Positions 61,101 through 64,000 of a stretch of DNA of 64,000 nt are shown piece after piece. Where the stretch lies: assembly GCF_001194135.2 (NCBI RefSeq), contig NC_068993.1, forward strand, positions 10,340,665-10,404,664, written 5' to 3'. The notes beneath the pieces are model-generated. The model was not told where the DNA came from, ran no database searches, and saw only the letters and a program-made list of their open reading frames with translations. Made by a program: the position numbers and the translations under genes. Positions within the stretch are counted from its first letter, which is position 1. Every line of letters starts with the position of its first letter. The stretch comes from Octopus bimaculoides (taxonomy: Eukaryota).

Positions 61101-62321
61101 ACAGGTCTTGAAGAGTAATTAATTTATCAATGGTTATCAGTTCAGAATTAAAACAGGTGTCTATTTAAAGGAGTTTTTTTTTTAAAAGAGATCTTTTGCC
61201 AACAAAAAAGGCTTGAGACATACATATTACTTAAGTCAGCCTAAGAAACAGAGCCAATAATTTTTTTTTTCAGTATTTTTGTAATTTTAATTTATCCACT
61301 ACAATAAAGATCAGCATGCCACAGAACAAATCAATTAAAATCACCCAACAAAACAAAACAGAAAAAGACCTTTTCGGGTTCTTTCTTCTCAGTTTCTGTA
61401 ACTTCTACCTCCACTTTTTTCACTTCAACTTCCTGTTGCAATTATACAGGGGAGTTAGAACATTTTATCAAATAATAACTAGAAAATTTAAAAAATAATA
61501 TCATCACAAAACTCCAGCTGTTTATGACAATTTATCTCGCTTTAAGTGAAAAAAAAAAACAACCTCAAATCCTTTTAATCCATTCCCTTTGTTGTTCTTA
61601 CATTTTAATAAAACTTCATTAAGATTTATTTAAAAAAAAAGAAGCTTTTTTTTGTTTCATTTAATGTCTCATTAAACTTCAGATTATGGGAGTTGTCTGC
61701 AAACTATAAGCATAGGTTTTATCAGTTGCTTACTATATTACTAGCAGACATTCGATTGACTTTTAACTAAAAGAGTGAAAAGAAAATTGACTTAGATTTG
61801 CTTTTTATCACTCTGGAAACTGGAGTAGAAACTCAACGATAGGGAAATGATTAAAATGAGCATTGAATACGACAACTTGTGCCATGAATCTGCCTGAATA
61901 CAAAGGCAGATAACTGAGAAAGACTGAAGATTAAAACTTCCCAGATTAGAAAATCTCTCCAGCAAAACAGAATTTAACTGGTACAGGTCTTGACAATTAA
62001 TTTATTAATCAATTAATTAATGGTTCTCACCTGAGAATTAAAACAGGTGTCAATCTGAAGAAATTTCTTTTCAAGGGAAAATATTTTGTCAATAGAAAAG
62101 ACCTTAGATATACATATTAGTTAAGTCAGCCTAAGAAACAGAGCCAATAATTTTTTCTTCAGTATTTTTGTAATTTTAATTCATCTACTACGATAAAGAT
62201 CAGCATGCCACAGAGCAAATCGATTAAAATCACCCAACAAAACAAAACAGAAAAAGACCTTTTCGGGTTCTTTCTTCTCAGTTTCCATAACTTCTACCTC
62301 CACTTTTTTCACTTCAACTTC
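21947..62321 (-). CDS. cora: Protein 4.1 / coracle (EPB41-like) gene, 3' part; FERM domain expected beyond right edge
   Basis: Three phase-0 exons spell the band 4.1 C-terminal domain (VPIVKTETRKVSY...QTIETTT / YRTEKDGMIETRVEKKVTITSD.DDIDYDA / ALAEAIRSVTQMNPDLSVEKI). Upstream same-strand phase-0 exons are assigned to this gene by position and phase only. Confidence 0.8.
22884..22973 (-). CDS. cora: 4.1/coracle CTD exon (YRTEKDGMIETRVEKKVTITSDNDDIDYDA)
   Basis: acttcag acceptor, gtgagt donor, 90 nt; ETR[VI]EK..ITSD.DID motif. Confidence 0.92.
28950..29315 (+). mobile_element. Internally deleted Tc1/mariner-superfamily transposon
   Basis: TA target duplication; terminal inverted repeats CAGGGTGATTCAAAA...TTTTGAATCACCCTG with extended imperfect inverted homology; internal broken frame RSPDLT/PLDFYL*GHLKGMVY...HLKERI...W.KRI..CIQNNGNHIE is a DDE/D transposase C-terminus. 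Confidence 0.9.
29830..30200. mobile_element. Adjacent TTAA-type MITE copies (ccctttagcatt...aaaggg family)
   Basis: aaccctttagcattcagatt...aaagggtcaa; related copies near 16520-16700, 31880-32095 and 47510-47755. Confidence 0.6.
31031..31240 (-). CDS. cora: 4.1/coracle exon (PPTIATESIKY...VPIVKTETRKVSYQ...SKTQTIETTT)
   Basis: tctttcgtctcctacag acceptor, gtaagt donor, 210 nt, phase 0-0; N-terminal part of the 4.1 CTD. Confidence 0.9.
33860..33975. repeat. Compound (CAC)n/(TAC)n/(CAT)n microsatellite
   Basis: Directly visible. Confidence 0.9.
34002..34169 (-). CDS. cora: 4.1/coracle exon with proline-rich motif (TTRAGFGSK...RKRPPPPVPPKYT...GGRLSP)
   Basis: tttgtcttaacgcag acceptor, gtaagt donor, 168 nt, phase 0-0, GC-rich coding-like composition; alternative acceptor possible at 34195. 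Confidence 0.75.
35370..35700 (+). mobile_element. SINE family B, 5'-truncated
   Basis: Matches 10680-11000. Confidence 0.88.
38376..38444 (-). CDS. Candidate cassette exon (VMNSDLLQMFQLSKRNALFSDHL)
   Basis: ctcggtcttag acceptor, gtaatg donor, 69 nt, open only in phase 0. Confidence 0.25.
38575..38920 (-). mobile_element. SINE family A-like, diverged
   Basis: tttaacatctgctttccatgctggcatggg...cccttcctaataccaatcact. Confidence 0.75.
39060..39830 (-). mobile_element. Cluster of diverged SINE family C copies
   Basis: Repeated aaggcc...ggatgaaa(g/a)g...aaagttga units with (TAA)n spacers. Confidence 0.8.
39863..40083. mobile_element. TTAA-flanked MITE (piggyBac-type ends)
   Basis: TTAA|CCCTTT at 39859-39868 and AAAGGG|TTAA at 40078-40087. 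Confidence 0.7.
40358..43297 (-). CDS. Giant 2940-nt exon encoding ~980 aa of GPDG heptad repeats, probably a cassette exon of 4.1/coracle
   Basis: Uninterrupted ORF; gtgtcttcttttctag acceptor (in-frame TAG, no ATG start), AAG/gtaggt donor at 40357; phase 0-0; about 120 x-[YF]-[GS]-P-[DN]-G-[KR] units. Confidence 0.85.
43433..43447 (-). CDS. Candidate 15-nt micro-exon (NQYKK in phase 0)
   Basis: cttttcttatattgattag acceptor, AAG/gtaatc donor, 135 nt upstream of the giant exon acceptor. Confidence 0.45.
44066..44153 (-). CDS. Candidate exon (LGFIEVTSASNYGFRTAAANCHYFTQQST), phase 2 to 0
   Basis: atttccag acceptor, gtgagc donor, open in only one frame; an internal GAG/gtaacc donor is also in frame. 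Confidence 0.3.
46187..46310. other. Assembly gap
   Basis: Run of N. Confidence 1.
46999..47027 (-). CDS. Candidate 29-nt exon (NIPPPAPVS-K), or 42-nt version starting at 47040
   Basis: Very long pyrimidine tract upstream, ttgtag (or gtcag) acceptor, gtattc donor. Confidence 0.25.
47944..48305 (+). mobile_element. Non-autonomous Helentron-associated (HINE/DINE-1-like) element
   Basis: 5' acctccgcc with short hairpin (ctccgcc...ggcagag), 3' sub-terminal inverted ggtggaggt followed by the hairpin gcgctttctgagtgc, in T-rich flanks. Family assignment is from recalled architecture. Confidence 0.6.
48940..49092 (-). CDS. 4.1/coracle variable-region exon ([22 protein letters not shown]...LDEEQELVEK)
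   Basis: catcatctttacag acceptor, AAG/gtttgc donor, 153 nt, phase 0-0, Ser/acidic coding-like content. Confidence 0.7.
49943..49984 (-). CDS. Candidate 42-nt exon (LLQPINHPTLNTPE)
   Basis: gtatttcag acceptor, gtgggt donor, open only in phase 0. Confidence 0.4.
50170..50700 (-). mobile_element. Cluster of SINE family C copies
   Basis: Same family motifs, three partial copies. Confidence 0.8.
50860..51230 (-). mobile_element. RTE-clade LINE 3' fragment
   Basis: Frame VRAMCGVKL...LGLEESVERLAR..WYGHVLRKEEEHVLRKVL...RPKKTW is an RTE RT C-terminus. Confidence 0.85.
51692..51820 (-). CDS. Candidate phase 1-1 exon (DFLSTYRRSLSPTTIPTASPSLLPS...)
   Basis: ggtttcag acceptor, gtgaat donor, 129 nt, Ser/Pro-rich open frame. 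Confidence 0.3.
53589..53684 (-). CDS. Candidate 96-nt exon (LLHSNLFMDDRWISTSPFVDSSLEEDQGCANP)
   Basis: ccttctctgttatagtttag acceptor, weak gtgata donor, phase 0-0. Confidence 0.3.
55074..55135. repeat. 14-bp minisatellite (ATGGTTTAGTTATG)x4
   Basis: Four perfect tandem units. Confidence 0.95.
55640..55875 (-). mobile_element. SINE family C
   Basis: Full family motif set, with gaatttgaactc on the + strand. Confidence 0.85.
56203..56274 (-). CDS. Candidate 72-nt exon (KSVHRSSSGLLCPMRNPFKKRSEK)
   Basis: ggtcttacag acceptor, AAG/gtgaca donor, phase 0-0, GC-richer than its flanks. Confidence 0.55.
58225..58242 (-). repeat. Short interstitial (TTAGGG)3
   Basis: taaccctaaccctaaccc on the + strand. 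Confidence 0.7.
59615..59665 (-). CDS. Tandem-array mini-exon, unit 1 (EVESVEVDVSDTKESKK)
   Basis: ctaactcccctgtataattacaacag acceptor, AAG/gtcttt donor, 51 nt, phase 0-0. Confidence 0.65.
60487..60549 (-). CDS. Tandem-array mini-exon, unit 2 (EVEVKKVEVEVTETEKKESKK)
   Basis: ctaactcccctgtataattgtgacag acceptor, AAG/gttttt donor, 63 nt, phase 0-0. Confidence 0.65.
61370..61432 (-). CDS. Tandem-array mini-exon, unit 3 (EVEVKKVEVEVTETEKKEPEK)
   Basis: ctaactcccctgtataattgcaacag acceptor, AAG/gtcttt donor, 63 nt, phase 0-0. Confidence 0.7.
62259..62321 (-). CDS. Tandem-array mini-exon, unit 4 (EVEVKKVEVEVMETEKKEPEK)
   Basis: ctaactcccctgtataattgcaacag acceptor, AAG/gtcttt donor, 63 nt, phase 0-0. 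Confidence 0.7.
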
Positions 62322-62965
62322 CTGTTGCAATTATACAGGGGAGTTAGAAAATTTTATGTTAAAAAAAAAAACAAGAAAACCCCCCCAAAAAACACAGATT
62401 CAATACATCCCTTTCATCATTATCATCATTTTTATCTCTCTTCCTTAATACTTTTTCATAGACAGAATAGAAACCAGAAGTCTTCAATACATCAATGCTT
62501 CTACATCAGCTTCAATGCTTGTAGAACTAGAGAGCATTCCTACATGTTCTACTGACTGCAGATCCCAATGTGTGGAGGTTTTATTGTTTCAGAAGAGGTA
62601 GGCAAGTACATAAATGCATACATACACATATATACAGTCACATATACACTTACATACACACACACACGAAATACATGTATACCCTCATATGCATGCATGC
62701 GTCCATACGTACATATTTAAAGCGTTAAAATCCGGATTAATGATAGAGGACATAACTGTATCTGGAGAATGACAGAAACCTGCTAAACAAGCAGTTTTAT
62801 GTAAGAGGGTATGACCAGGCGTTTAAGTGAATATTTGTTTCTCTTCAATACAAGCCTTTAATTAAAGACATCTGATGCTGTCTTGTCAATAAACTGTATC
62901 CTGATCACAATGAAAACACAACACAAGACCATAGTTAATAATAAATGAATACAACTTTTGATTTT

Positions 62966-63001
<36 letters not shown>

Positions 63002-63221
63002 TGAAGGCATAGAAGTATCTGAAATTAAAATATTAAAAAAGTATGAATTATAATATAAATTAAAATATACTTTCTAGTTAAATTACATAGGAATAAATAA
63101 TTTTCATTTATCAACAAGAATCTTTAATTATTGATACACAGAAAACATTGTATTTTCCCTGAAACAGCAATATTAGTAACAATACAAAGTGCAAGAGATC
63201 AATAGATTTCAACAATTCCTC

Positions 63222-63539
63222 NNNNNNNNNNNNNNNNNNNNNNNNNNNNNNNNNNNNNNNNNNNNNNNNNNNNNNNNNNNNNNNNNNNNNNNNNNNNNNN
63301 NNNNNNNNNNNNNNNNNNNNNNNNNNNNNNNNNNNNNNNNNNNNNNNNNNNNNNNNNNNNNNNNNNNNNNNNNNNNNNNNNNNNNNNNNNNNNNNNNNNN
63401 NNNNNNNNNNNNNNNNNNNNNNNNNNNNNNNNNNNNNNNNNNNNNNNNNNNNNNNNNNNNNNNNNNNNNNNNNNNNNNNNNNNNNNNNNNNNNNNNNNNN
63501 NNNNNNNNNNNNNNNNNNNNNNNNNNNNNNNNNNNNNNN
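63222..63539. other. Assembly gap
   Basis: Run of N. Confidence 1.
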
Positions 63540-63890
63540 CCATTGGACTGTTGCCATGCTGGGGCACCAGTTTGACAAGTCCAGTCAATCTAATCAACCC
63601 CAGTTCTTATTTTAAGTTTGGTATTTATACTATTGGTCGCTTTTTGTTGAACCACTGAGTTACAGGAATGTAAACAAACCAATACTGGTTGTGAAGTTTT
63701 GAAAGACAAACACACACACAACGAGCTTTTGTGCAGTTTCCGGCTATCAAAGTCACTCACAAAGCATTGGCCAACCTGGGGGGAGCCACAGTAGAAAACA
63801 TTTGCCTAAAATGCTGTGCCATGGGACTGAATGCAAAATCATTTGTTTGTAAAGTGAACGTTTCAACAATGCAGCCATGCCTACAGCTAC
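63540..63890 (-). mobile_element. SINE family B, diverged
   Basis: gccatgctggggcacc...aagcattggccaacc...aaaacatttgcctaa. Confidence 0.7.
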
Positions 63891-64000
63891 AAGACACCCA
63901 AAGTGCTGCAGACTGGGCCTATAAAAATTATTGGAAAGAAAATTGTGGAAAACGGGGCTAAAATAAATGCTCTTTGACATCACTACATCTATGAACCTGT

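Larger units (their letters stand above)
59150..62365. repeat. Tandem segmental array, four diverged units of ~850-900 bp
   Basis: Anchor aagtcagcctaagaaac at 59476, 60380, 61233 and 62123 (periods 904, 853, 890); attatacaggggagttagaa recurs in each unit. Confidence 0.95.

Noticed and set aside
1-64000. CRISPR arrays, tRNA/rRNA genes and prokaryotic systems
   Set aside because: The sequence is eukaryotic. Regular repeats are coding heptads, SINEs or satellites, and tRNA-like boxes occur only as SINE heads.

Overview
Eukaryotic, intron-rich, repeat-rich 64 kb of genomic DNA. The SINE families and microsatellite style point to an octopus-type cephalopod (inference). Two genes converge tail to tail. 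(1) On the + strand, 995-15937 holds the last 14 coding exons of a SNF2-family ATPase whose motifs and C-terminus match TTF2/lodestar. All exon phases join correctly, but only if intron 3322-4453 is a non-canonical GC-AG intron. (2) On the - strand is the 3' portion of a protein 4.1/coracle (EPB41-like) gene, identified from three exons encoding the 4.1 C-terminal domain (31031-31240, 22884-22973, 21947-22048); its FERM domain would lie beyond the right edge. The most unusual content is in the variable region of this gene. First, a 2940-nt phase 0-0 giant exon (40358-43297) encodes about 980 aa of x-[YF]-[GS]-P-[DN]-G-[KR] heptads in three ~265-aa super-repeats plus a partial fourth. Second, a four-unit ~880-bp tandem array (about 59150-62365) carries one frame-preserving E/V/K-rich mini-exon per unit (63, 63, 63 and 51 nt). 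Third, there are several further candidate small exons, including a 15-nt micro-exon. The rest is SINEs (three families), RTE, L1/Tx1-like and Penelope-like remnants, a deleted Tc1/mariner element, TTAA-flanked MITEs, a HINE-like element, microsatellites and four assembly gaps. Exon calls come from manual reading of splice signals and translation; no RNA data or database searches were available. Repeat coordinates are approximate.
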